Origin: Glycera tridactyla | Taxonomy: Eukaryota | Length of the DNA stretch: 64,000 nucleotides | Assembly: GCA_965644265.1 (NCBI GenBank) | Contig: OZ286471.1 | Location: 46,438,001-46,502,000 of the forward strand | Direction of reading: 5' to 3' | Part shown: positions 52,819 to 64,000 of the stretch, piece by piece | How the letters are laid out: each line of letters begins with the position of its first letter | How positions within the stretch are numbered: position 1 is the stretch's first letter | Position numbers and translations under genes: made by a program | The notes under the pieces: model-generated | Databases searched by the model: none | What the model was told of the DNA's origin: nothing | What the model saw: the letters and a program-made list of their open reading frames with translations, nothing else

Positions 52819-53642
52819 CTGATTAGATACCTTTCATAGAGCACCCCAACCCTCCATATATAATTTCTTATGCCTATTATGACTGACAGCTGGCCCGGTA
52901 GCAGAGGGTAACCCGTCTGATCGACACACTCCCGATATTGCCTCCGGCGTAGAATGCTTCGTGAATAATTTAAAAACAAAACATGCCCGACCCCGGAGTA
53001 ATGATGATTAGTTTGCTGTGGTGGAAACCTGGAGTGGCCCTGTTAACCCATATTTGAAACTGGAGAAGACCAAATATCTGGATTTCGCGAGTAGCATCAT
53101 CTTCACGGTTCGACATGGCCATATCTATTCCACTGTCCATATTACACTCATCAATATGAAGTGAGCGCGGGGTCTTATACAAATAATGACATGGAATAAG
53201 CGGACATTTTTTATGGATGCATGGACGAACAAAACACATGGACGCACACACCACACACACAGATCCATGCACGAACGCACGCACACATACACACAGATAG
53301 GTGGCAGATTTTAGGCAGGATGGTTGGAGAGACAGACAGACAGACAGAAAAACAGACGGTTTGATGGATCAAATGGATGTTTGATCGATTGATCAATTAT
53401 TGGTGAGCAGATTATTTAAGTGCATCAGTGAGTGTTGTCGGCATGATCTCGTTATAATATCGCGCTCATTAGTTTACAGTCGGCGCCGACAGGGGGCGCT
53501 CTATGTAGCATTCACTTTTTCTGTTATGGTTACAATCCTGTTGTGTTTTGTCTCATGGTTACCAGCCGATGTCCGTGCCCAGTATTGATCGCCTTTAGAA
53601 ACTCGGAGCCTTCCAACTCTCAAGGTGCTGATTGTTTAATAC

Positions 53643-54515
53643 TCACCAATGTGCACTCGATCTCCGTATGTGTATCACTACCATGTTGGACATGAAGAAT
53701 TTGAGTCCGCTATTCAACCTATAGTCCTTGAATAGCGATTCCAAAATTGACATGATGGTCCGTATATGCCTCCTATATTGAGTGAACGTCGATCTATCTG
53801 TTTTCCCAGGGGTAATATTGAATGTGGGCGTCCGCACTCGAACCCCAAACATAGCTTCAGATTCCGCCATATATGGTATCGCTACAGTGGGTATATCTGG
53901 CAATATCTGATATGGCGATGTATGTTGACACTCAATAGGTGACGTTTGTTGTGCTATATATCTATACGTCGATGTAAGATTCATCCGATGTCTTTTATGG
54001 CGCTTCACCTCGATATTTTGGTCGACCACAGGGTCACCTCTTTCCATCCATCTCATCTGCACGAAGTGACTTTGCACGCAGATGTAGAAGAACGAATTAT
54101 CCGTATTTATTTCTTGAAACAAATACAAACGGAGTACAAAATACATCATAAAGTCATAAAAAGAGCAGAATCCACACGTAAAATACGTGTTATGGTTAGG
54201 TTGAAGTCTATCAGGTAGATTAGGCAATGTGTGCATCCACACTTGCTGTAAGTGGGGAATGAATGCGAAAACACCATTCACATCACACGGAACATTTTCG
54301 ATAAATAATTGATGTTCAAGCCAGCGTTGCGCCAGAATTCTTGGCCTCGGTTCCCACATCTCCTGCTTTGAACCATCAACAATCACCTCAGTCTTGGATA
54401 ACATCTCAAGGAGTAAAACAGACTCCTTGGCCCAGGTCATCGGGAACATTTTTGGAATACCATGATTTTTGACGTTTTGGATCTTAAACGCTTGGAAACT
54501 ATAGGTAAATGTCAT
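53643..54515 (-). CDS. Unassigned 290-aa ORF; internal exon or best-preserved part of a decayed large exon
   Basis: Longest non-repetitive ORF in the window, with normal amino-acid composition. Its end overlaps a donor-like site (CAT TG|gtgagt). No family recognised. Confidence 0.45.
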   Translation of the reverse strand: MTFTYSFQAFKIQNVKNHGIPKMFPMTWAKESVLLLEMLSKTEVIVDGSKQEMWEPRPRILAQRWLEHQLFIENVPCDVNGVFAFIPHLQQVWMHTLPNLPDRLQPNHNTYFTCGFCSFYDFMMYFVLRLYLFQEINTDNSFFYICVQSHFVQMRWMERGDPVVDQNIEVKRHKRHRMNLTSTYRYIAQQTSPIECQHTSPYQILPDIPTVAIPYMAESEAMFGVRVRTPTFNITPGKTDRSTFTQYRRHIRTIMSILESLFKDYRLNSGLKFFMSNMVVIHIRRSSAHW

Positions 54516-55210
54516 ATCGTATCGGATATACTCTGATACCCTGTTTTATTCTAACGGTAATTTTGTTGGTGTGTCTGTAGCCTGAGTGAAACACTTATAT
54601 AAGCCAGATTGAGCCAATACAACTGGATATATATACCTACCTTTCTTACAGTGGCGATCCAGTTAACTAATCTCTTGTTCACTGTGAAACACAGTTTGTG
54701 AAAGTAACTGACCTTCAGATGTGACATCATGTGAATCAATCCCACGTTCACAGGGTGAGAAAAACAGCAATGACATTTTGGGTGCTTAGGAAAGAGGCAT
54801 CTCCTAGATTCTGCCCATCCCCGAGCCATTCCACAATTTTAAAGTCAACAGTGGGGCTTCAGAAGAGGATCTACCTGAATAGAGAGAAATATACTCAAAA
54901 AATAGAATTGTATAACCTGGCATGTATACCACCGTTAGATTCGTTTCTCCGCGGGCTTGATCAATAATGAGCTCACCTAAACTCGCTGGACCGTTGGCAA
55001 ACGCACCTGCGAGTCACCTACACAGGCTCAACAATCGCCATCAGTGTCGTTGATTGAATACCCATTGAGACTGTTTTTGAGTTAATTAGAGCTGCAGAGG
55101 GCGTGTTCAGCAGTGCTCTCATGTGAAATACACATATGTCATCATCTCCGTATTTGTATATGTCCAGTATTGGACGCTTGACCCTGCTAATGCACGCTCA
55201 TCCACTGAGG

Positions 55211-56168
55211 GCAGCTTGTGATCTTGAAGAATCAGGTAGCGTGACTGCGACATGCCTTCATAGTTGTGTGTATTGAGTACACGAGCAGCTAGTGATCTTG
55301 AAGAATCAGGTAGTGTGACTGCGACATGCCTTCCTATTTGTGTGTATTGAGTACACGAGCAGCTTGTGATCTTGAAGAATCTGGTAGCGTGACTTCAACA
55401 TGCCTTAATAGTTGTGTGTCTTGAGTACATGAGCAGCTCGTGATCTTGAAGAATCAGGTAGCGTGACTGCGACATGCCTTCATAGTTGTGTGTCTTGAGT
55501 ACACGAGCAGCATGTGATCTTGAAGAATCAGGTAGCGTGACTGCGACATGCCTTCATAGTTGTTTGTATTGAGTACACGAGCAGCTTGTGATCTTGAAGA
55601 ATCAGGTAGCGTGACTGCGACATGCCTTCATAGTTGTGTGTATTGAGTACACGAGCAGCTTGTGATCTTGAAGAATCATGTAGCATGACTGCAACGTGCC
55701 TTCATAGTTGTGTGTATTGAGTACACGAGCAGCTTGTGATCTTGAAGAATCAGGTAGCGTGACTGCGACATGCCTTCATAGTTGTGTGTCTTGAGTACAC
55801 GAGCAGCTTGTGATCTTGAAGAATCAGGTAGCATGACTGCGACATGCCTTCCTGGTTGTTTGTATTGAGTACACGAGCAGCTAGTGATCTTGAAGAATCA
55901 GGTAGCGTGACTGCGACATGCCTTCATAGTTGTGTGTCTTGAGTACACGAGCAGCTCGTGATCTTGAAGAATCAGGTAGCGTGACTGCGACATGCCTTCA
56001 TGGTTGTGTGTATTGAGTACACGAGCAGCTAGTGATCTTGAAGAATCAGGTAGCGTGACTGCGACATGCCTTCATAATTGTTTGTATTGAGTACACGAGC
56101 AGCTTGTGATCTTGAGGAATCAGGTAGCGTGACTTCGACATGCCTTCATAGTTGTGTGTCTTGAGTAC
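55211..56168. repeat. 74-bp minisatellite, 13 units
   Basis: The gcagct anchor recurs at 55211, 55285, 55359 ... 56099, an exact 74-nt period, with only point differences between units. Confidence 0.97.
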
Positions 56169-58030
56169 TTTCGGTTGCTTCCACCAGCGTGGATATATTC
56201 GGAAAGATGGTAAACATTTCCAGCATGCAGTGTTGATACACACCTGCAGAGTATCCAGTTAAAGCTAACAATGGCTGACGTTTTGTAATGAAAACAGGGT
56301 CCCCATTTTTTCGACACACTTGGGGTAGAGAATATTTGATACAGGATCTGGCGAACTTTTCTTTGTTAGCTCAACTGAACGGCCTGCAGCTTGGCTTGGT
56401 ATTGATGAAGTACTTTGAGTAATTCTGTGATAAAATACATTAGAACATTTGTCTAAAAAGTTATCCTCAAGACCATCATGATGGATCTACTCACCTATCC
56501 TGGTTCAAGAATGAATTCATCTTTAATGGATTTGTAACGTTCCAATGATAAAAGTGATTATCATCACTTCTTGAAATTGAATTGGCTATACATCATTCCG
56601 CATGATTGTAATTGTTTTGATGTTATACGAGAAACTTCTCGAAATAGATCATTCATATATTTCCTCCCCTCCCGAGCATGCTGATTCCCTTGCATGCAAT
56701 CAACCAATCGAAACGATACCTATGGTTGGTATCGTATTTATGCGTTTACCATCAGCGGCAAATATCTACTGGAACACTAGCTAATTTGAGTCCAAGAAAG
56801 TGGTCAGCCAGCCACCATGGAAAGTGCCGGGTGGCGCAGATGTGTCCTTTAACATCGCGTGATAGCACTTGTCCAAGTACAATGACTTTGCCTTTAGTCC
56901 GGTCTTGGAATTCACATGCATTTATCGAATTGTAATCATGGGATGCTGCTCGTGTTATCGAATAAGGCCGTATCCCATGTACACACCAGTTTGTGGTGTG
57001 TTCCAAATATAGATAACATGCTATAAATACCTTGTGTGTACATTATCATGGTTAATAATTAAGCAGGCATTGAATAATTCATATGCCGCCCTGATCGATT
57101 TTAGAGCAGCTGACAAGGTAGCCATGCTAGTACATGCTTTATTGTGATTATCCAACTTCAACATTTATTCAATCATCGTGTCGCATGTTGCATAATGATC
57201 CCCGGCCTATGGAGTCAGTGAATGCGCATTGTTTACCTTAGCCACGATCACGTGTGTTACCACAAAAATGTTAATGATAATACCATCATTGAAAATTTTG
57301 TTATCGGTGATGAAGACGACGACAATGAGATCGACGACGATGACGATGCAGAAGACGAAGATTACGGTGACAGTGATGGTGAAGATGACGGTGGCGTGGT
57401 GGAGGCGGTGACGGTGGCGGTAGCGGTGCTGGTGGCGGTGACGGTGACGGTGGTGATGATGAGGGTGATGGCGCGGGCGGTGGTGGTGGTGACGGTGACT
57501 GTGATGGTGATGGTGATAATGATGACGACGATGGTGATTCAATAAGGATTCAATGAATTTCTCTGTTGGAGATGAGAAAAATTACCTCATTTCCATCTCA
57601 GCATAGAACTAAGACACGTTAGAATGATACTATATACAAAATACACACATAATTATAGTCCATGACATAAGGGAATAGACAAAATAAGACCATAGTAACA
57701 AGTGCAGCAGGTAAATTGCGTGGATCTTTTATGCGAACATAGAATTTAGACCAAAACACATATGCGAGATAGCTGGTTAGGTGCGGGACTGCATGCGCCG
57801 AACGCCCGGTCACAATAAGCAACACACAAATAATATCCATGCTGCAGAATGCCAGTTTTGTGTGCATACCGGTGGGATGTCATTTTTTTGCAGCACGGAA
57901 CCCTCCCTGGTGAAATGACGATAGTATGGCATCCTTACCCCACCCGGGTCACCCATCTAATACGGATGTCTACCATCTACTTTGGAAGTCTTCCTCATTC
58001 TTACTTGTATCTTGATCTTCTGTTTGCAGA

Positions 58031-58121
58031 ATGGAGCGAATAACTACGTGTTCGCAATGCGTCGTTAGATGGCTAGCTGTCTTTGGCCTTCTACTAGCCT
58101 TCTCCCACTCAGGCAATTCAG
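58031..58121 (+). CDS. First coding exon (signal peptide) of a secreted multi-FN2 protein
   Basis: Reads MERITTCSQCVVRWLAVFGLLLAFSHSGNS plus one G, then donor gtaaac at 58122 (phase 1). It has a hydrophobic core (WLAVFGLLLAF) followed by small residues. The ATG follows an acceptor, cttctgtttgcag|A, so a 5'UTR exon lies upstream (candidate donor gtaaat at 57711). It splices in frame to 62287. Confidence 0.75.
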
Positions 58122-59472
58122 GTAAACTATCACCTTTGTTATTTCTCGCAATGATCCTCCAAACTTTATGTTATAATCCAGCGAGTCCTACAATGTGAAT
58201 CACCAACGGTTGGAACGCCTTTGTTAATTCATTTCTGTCAATTCACCTCTGTCAAACCTCCAAATTTGACGTATTCGGCAATGTGAGTTACCGACGACTT
58301 TGAATGGGCACTCAGGTCTTGGTTCTTCCATCCTGGTCGTTGTGTCGGTTATACAAGTGTAAGTGGACGTGAAAAGAAGAAGCATGTGTGTATGAGTGTC
58401 AACTTCCAATCAGTAACATTATTGAGCTCACTACAGGCCGGTTTGTCCGTTTCATCAAGGTTGGTAGGGGTATATAGACTGCAGTGAAGGAGCTCCGGTA
58501 CAAAGTTTCTACAATGCCTGTATATTTCACAATAGAGTCCGATATTGTGGTGTCCTCCAAAAGCAAATGTTCTCTGGTATTCCACCTCAGACGAAGTGAA
58601 ATACCGACAACGTGTGCCCACTGGCAGGGGCTATCTCTGGAGCCGATCTTCATGGTTTGTTCGTTCGTTTGTTTGGGTTTAACGTCTATTCAACTACCTT
58701 GGGTTATATCAGACTGAAACACTGAAAATGCTGAAGCAAAGAGGCACCACTGCCGGGGGCCGTCCCTACTCTTTGCAGAAGACAGCAGTGATTCTTTTAC
58801 GTGCATACAGGAAAAGACTCTTATACACACGGCCGGCCTTTGATATCCTATACGACATGCACTGGTTCCAAACTTTATGGATGTTAAACCACTCCATTCC
58901 AATTCCTCTAGTTTCGCATCAAGCTCGTAAAATGGCGCACGCTGCGCAGTCAGGGGACAAGGTTAATTTGATGTTTCCAGTATCCTACTCAGACATGATT
59001 TGTATCGAATCAGCTTTCTCATTTCACAACTATTGTCCACTCCCCACCCTCTAGTCCCCTGCTTTCCTGTAGACGACATGTTTCAGAAGTATGATCCACA
59101 TCTTTATTTGAAAGACACTGCATTGCGATTTGTTCAATCGACCCACATTCCTGGATGAAAGTTGGCGTGTGTATAGACCAGAAAATACGTTTATACATGA
59201 TTTATCTTCAGTTTGCTAGCAATATGCATGAGACTCGTGTAGAATTGGTTATATTTTACTTGGTGGTCCCGTCATGAGGTCTCATGAGGCGCAAATGGCT
59301 GATGTATTAGGGAACTATTTAGGATAAGTAGTGGCATCATTAGAAAGTACGTTGTTTGTTGGTCATCGACCAAAACTGAGGTGATTTGCAATTTGTATGG
59401 CTCCAATTGCGCGAAAAGTCAAAACGCAGTTGTAGTACAATAGATTTGTAGAAAGACCATGACATGAGAGGA

Positions 59473-60540
59473 TTTTTACCTCGTCTCAACGAAGATGAGG
59501 GGAGGTATTGCGGTCACTCCGGCGTCGGCATCAGCATCGGCGTCGGCATAGACGTCCTCATCTGCGTTAAGGTCAGCTCAGCAACTAGAGGGCCTAGCTC
59601 CATATAATTAGGCAGACATATACTTCAGTACATTTACTGATGAATCCAGCGATCATCAAGGTGTCATCTCAATGTTCTTCTTGATTAATTTTGGTTTGAA
59701 ACTTGTGTTTTCTGAAATGATGGGACTCTGTCATTGGGGGCAATGTTGAAGTCATGTCAAAGTCACATTGCTCAGCAACTAGAGTGCCCAGCTCCATGAA
59801 ATATGGCATGCATATACTTCAGTACATCTACTGATGAATCCATCAAGGTAGCATCCCAGTGTTCTGCTTGATTAATTCTGGGATGAAAATTAGGTTTTTT
59901 GAAGTGATGGGAGCTATTTCTGATGATCCAATTTATTCATGTTCAGTTTGCAGTTGATTCTCCACATGTGTCTTTATCCCCTGTGATTGTATATTGCCCA
60001 TGAAAGACTGATATGTGCGTGATAGGTGATTTTGGGGCAGAAAATCCCTTTTTTGAAATGAATGAACATTTCTGGTGACCCAGCCACCCCAAACTTGATA
60101 CAGAGGGATCTCATAGCATTCCCTAATGAATGCTAGCCATAGGTGGGGTCTCCCAATAGGCCTGGTTGGTTTTGGGGTGAAAATTTGTTTTTCAGAAATG
60201 GATTTTTCTAAAGATGTTGGCTGTCTGTAGCCACACCAGACTTGGGATAGATGCAGTTCATAGCATTCCCTAATGAATGCTAGCCATAGATGGGGTCTAC
60301 CAACAGGCCTGGTTGGTTTTGGCGTGAAAATTTGTTTTTTTAGAAATGGATTTTTATATCATTCCCTAATGTATGCCAGCCACACTTAACTTGACACAGA
60401 TGCCTTTCATCGCATCCCTTCACAAATGCCTGCAATGGACTGGGACCGATGACAGCCTTGCTTGATTTTGGGGACAAAAATGTGAATGTGAACGAGACAC
60501 GACTTCATATGAGCATCAGCTGATAGATCCAACCTTTGTT
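59473..60540 (+). mobile_element. Non-autonomous Helentron-like (HINE/DINE/pearl-type) element in FN2 gene intron 1
   Basis: T-rich left boundary, subterminal hairpin cctcgtct-caacga-agatgagg (59479-59500) and a ggcgtc/ggcatc microsatellite (59521-59549). These are followed by two tandem core-repeat pairs (starts 59577/59771, 194 bp apart; 60112/60259, 147 bp apart). The right end is approximate. Confidence 0.55.
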
Positions 60541-61549
60541 TGAAAATTGATTTCCACAGCATGAGTTGGGTCATCTATGTGTTACATATATTCGAGGTGT
60601 TTGAGTTGGCTTCGTTGAGATGAGGTCCGCCTTCAGTGAAGGCTATGTTTAGAGTCGCAATTCTCCAGTTACAAATTTTGATGACTCAGACCAAAAGTAT
60701 ACAACCCAAATGCTGAAAAAGCCGTCTTCATTGAACAGTTGTGAAACAAGAAGGACCGATACATGCATTTTTTATCGCATCGCCAAATCCCGACATTCGC
60801 AACAAGGGAGTGGATACTTTGAATGCATTAAATAGATCTGAATATATCTGGTGATTGTATAAACAAGACTACAATGGCTTAGAATAACAGGATGGGCCCA
60901 AGCATCTGTCGAATATCGTTCGAAAGACAGGTAAGAAGATTTGGCTATAGAAAGTATGTCTCGCATATTCTGCGATGATCCGCCGAATTCAATATTCGGA
61001 ACTTTCCATACTCATTTCGCATTTTTATGTATTCATTTCACAAAAAACATCGAATCTAACGTGAAATCCGAAATGGACAGTGGGATATCTCAGGATTTTT
61101 GTTGATCTAGAACTGTTTGCGGGAGGAATGATGGTATATTCCCGGATTCACGTAGTTCCCATATCGGCATTCGTGGAATGAACATGATTCGCGTAGTAGA
61201 TGATGAGCAGTAATCCATTTCTAGATTCATTCTATTTGTCACCCATTCAGGAATGTAGTGACAGGAGCGATCAGTATATAGGTGTTGAGAAAAAACGTCC
61301 TCCTGTTTTTTTTGTTGCAGAAGAATGCACCGGCCAATGTGCTGCACTCTCGAACTATACACGAACATTACCCAATCCCCCGACATGTGAAGGTAGGTTA
61401 AGAAAAAATGACACTATCAAGATGACGACAATCACGGCTGCGGCGGTGGAAAGAACGACAACGACGAAAAATACACGATAAACAAAAAGAATACGACGAC
61501 GAAGGCAATGGCGACAAAGACAACGGCGACAATGACGAAATGTATGACG

Positions 61550-61583
61550 ATGATGATGGTAGTGGTAGTCGTGTTAGTGGTAT

Positions 61584-61636
<53 letters not shown>

Positions 61637-61677
61637 ATAGTGGTAGTAGTACTAACTGTGCTTGAATAGTGGGAGGA

Positions 61678-61723
<46 letters not shown>

Positions 61724-62030
61724 ATAGTGGTAGTAGTACTAACTGTGCTTNNNNNNNNNNNNNNNNNNNNNNNNNNNNNNNNNNNNNNNNNNNNNNNNNN
61801 NNNNNNNNNNNNNNNNNNNNNNNNNNNNNNNNNNNNNNNNNNNNNNNNNNNNNNNNNNNNNNNNNNNNNNNNNNNNNNNNNNNNNNNNNNNNNNNNNNNN
61901 NNNNNNNNNNNNNNNNNNNNNNNNNNNNNNNNNNNNNNNNNNNNNNNNNNNNNNNNNNNAGAGTGGGAGGAAGTGGTGGTAGTAGTAGTAGTAGTAGTTG
62001 TAGGAGTAGTTGTAGTAGTAGGTGTAGTCA
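61550..62030. repeat. Compound (TAG)n tandem repeat spanning assembly gap 61751-61959
   Basis: (TAG)n-aatagtggtagtagtactaactgtgctt occurs twice before the gap, and gagtgggagga resumes after it. Confidence 0.9.
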
Positions 62031-62286
62031 CTAGTGACAGTAGTGATAGAGGAAGTAGCAGCAGCAGGAAAGGTTAACAAATTATTGATTTTATTATCAT
62101 CATTATTAATGTTATTATCATTATTGGTTGTTGTAATAGTGGTTGGAGTGGGGACGAGGGTGGTGATGGTGATGGTGTTGCTGTTGGTGATGTCGGTGGT
62201 GTTGGTAGTGGTAGTAGCAGCAATTGCGTGTTGAGGAATCAGGTGTATTGTGAATTGACACTATGCGTATTGTGTTCATTTTATAG

Positions 62287-62412
62287 AAGCTGACGATGAA
62301 TGTGACTTCCCATTTGAGTACGGTGGCCAACAGTTCGCCAGCTGCATCACTACACCCGATCGTAACGAGCCTTGGTGTCGAACCTTCGGAGGACAAATCA
62401 AGACATGCAGAA
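62287..62412 (+). CDS. Fibronectin type II (FN2) domain exon 1, phase 1-1
   Basis: Acceptor ttcattttatag, donor gtgagt, length 126 nt. Translates (E)ADDECDFPFEYGGQQFASCITTPDRNEPWCRTFGGQIKTCR, matching the FN2 pattern C-x-FPF-x-Y-x-G...C...PWC...C. Confidence 0.92.
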
Positions 62413-63217
62413 GTGAGTTGTTTTCATCACACTCTTGTTTGTTGGCGGACTATAGATCCTATTTGGGGCGTAGTTTGATAATCATCCTACGACATTCCCA
62501 TACTGCTAGTGCTAAAATAGACCTATAAGCTAGTTTTGAGCGATTTAGCTTCACATTTTGGAGATGACGGGCGAAAGCAAGGCGTAGCCCATTTTGCAAC
62601 CTGTATGGGTCCTAGGGTGGGTATATTAGCACTAGCGACATGGGCGTGTCGTAGGATAGATATCAATCTACGCCCCTAACGGGGCTAGGTTTAGTCATTC
62701 GGCTGACCAGGATTCGGGAACTCACTATCCTGCGTAGTGAATAGCATTGCACCCTTTATCATAGATGGAGAAGCTGCTTTGTCTGAAAAGAGCGGGAAAA
62801 CTCATATCACTGCCATTGGCTTCAAATAGTCCTCATATTTCCAAATTTCACGATTATTCACACCCACGGCCCTTTGAATCCCATATTATATATAACTAAT
62901 CCACATGAATCCTATTCATATACCAGCCATTTGCATTTCAGGCCTTATTTTAGGAAAGAATTTTGAATGGCTGATTTTGAAATGTCGGCAAGTGAAATTT
63001 GCCAAATTCCTAGTTATTTAGTTATTCAGACGAATCTGCGTGATAAGGCCTGGACAAGGAATAGAAGAGGAATGGAAAGAAGGAGAAGGGTCAATGTGGC
63101 TACCTATGATTGCGGCTGGCTGCGGCAGCGGTGTCGGCGGTTTTCACCCACCCTTCGACATCGTGGGAACTCCTCCGAAAACTTCTTCATGACAAATCTT
63201 CTCTTTTTTGCTTGCAG

Positions 63218-63376
63218 TTTTTGCGGATATGCAGGACGGGGGATGGCGCCTATGCCAGTTCCCGTTCAGCTATCACGAATCGACCTACTCCGGCTGCACG
63301 GATGAGTACACCACCGCCGGAAAACCCTGGTGTCTCACCGACAATACCGGCACCTGGGGCTACTGTGACCCATTCC
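63218..63376 (+). CDS. Fibronectin type II (FN2) domain exon 2, phase 1-1
   Basis: Acceptor ctcttttttgcttgcag, donor gtgagt, length 159 nt. Translates (I)FADMQDGGWRLCQFPFSYHESTYSGCTDEYTTAGKPWCLTDNTGTWGYCDPF, with four Cys, FPF, PWC and WGYC. In frame with the previous exon across an 805-nt GT-AG intron. Confidence 0.93.
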
Positions 63377-64000
63377 GTGAGTAAAGCATTAATACATCAT
63401 GAGTTCTCTCGGATGAATCAATAAATGGTTCTAGTTTGAATTTGAATTTGAATTTGAACTTTATCTTTCCACTTTCCAGGGGCGAGGGGGGGGGGGGGCA
63501 GTAATACATTGCCCCCTCTTTGAGTACAAACAATGAAAACAAGCATACATGGCAAGACAAGTCATACAAAACATACAATGAGACAAGGTCAAGTAAGCAA
63601 GATGATAAGATGATAAGCGACTGAAAATTTAAACCATGATGCTCTATCAAATTCCAAATGGACTGTCAGAATGCGCCTTGATGGACGCCGAGTGTATCAC
63701 AATTAAGTTATTCCCTGTGCAAAATATTTCATGGTTCTTCTCTTAAATAAGCTTAGACTGTCCATTGAAATGATGATATGAATCAGTGCAAAGCGACCTG
63801 TGTCAAAATTGACCCGAGAGGCGTAGTCCAGACTATTACCACCTGGTATCGGTATTGTAGGAGCCAGGGGTATGGGTTTCTCATGTTGGGAAAGAGGACA
63901 GAATAAGTGACCCGTGATGAAATTTAGATGAAGAAATGTCAGATAATTGTCATATATCTCTCGATTAGAATAGCAGCAAGAGTCTTGGTCCATGTTTGCC

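Noticed and set aside
55211-56168. CRISPR-like array (also considered for 16851-17700)
   Set aside because: Units are contiguous near-identical repeats with no unique spacers, there are no cas genes, and the context is eukaryotic.
58399-58653. RTE-like RT fragment (GIVETLYRSSFTAVY)
   Set aside because: A single short resemblance; the expected GVRQG/YADD motifs do not follow.

Overview
Intron-containing eukaryotic DNA, probably an invertebrate animal (inferred from GT-AG exons, repeat types and roughly 40% GC by eye), with two assembly gaps (20606-20868, 61751-61959). I found no rRNA, tRNA or CRISPR array. The one well-supported intact gene is on the + strand at the right end. It has a signal-peptide exon (58031-58121) and two symmetric phase-1 exons (62287-62412, 63218-63376), each encoding a fibronectin type II (FN2) module with an unusually short last loop. 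No stop codon is reached, so the gene probably continues past the window. The first ~56 kb looks like a graveyard of decayed multi-copy genes. It contains a six-copy exon-start module in both orientations, stop-poor frames with ankyrin-like and possible Roc-GTPase-like motifs, and one unassigned 290-aa ORF. Interspersed are LINE 3' remnants (L2, I clade), a MITE pair, a tyrosine-recombinase-like remnant, a Helentron-like non-autonomous element, 45-bp and 74-bp minisatellites, a perfect 22-bp hairpin and many microsatellites. All family assignments come from motif recognition by eye; no database search was run.
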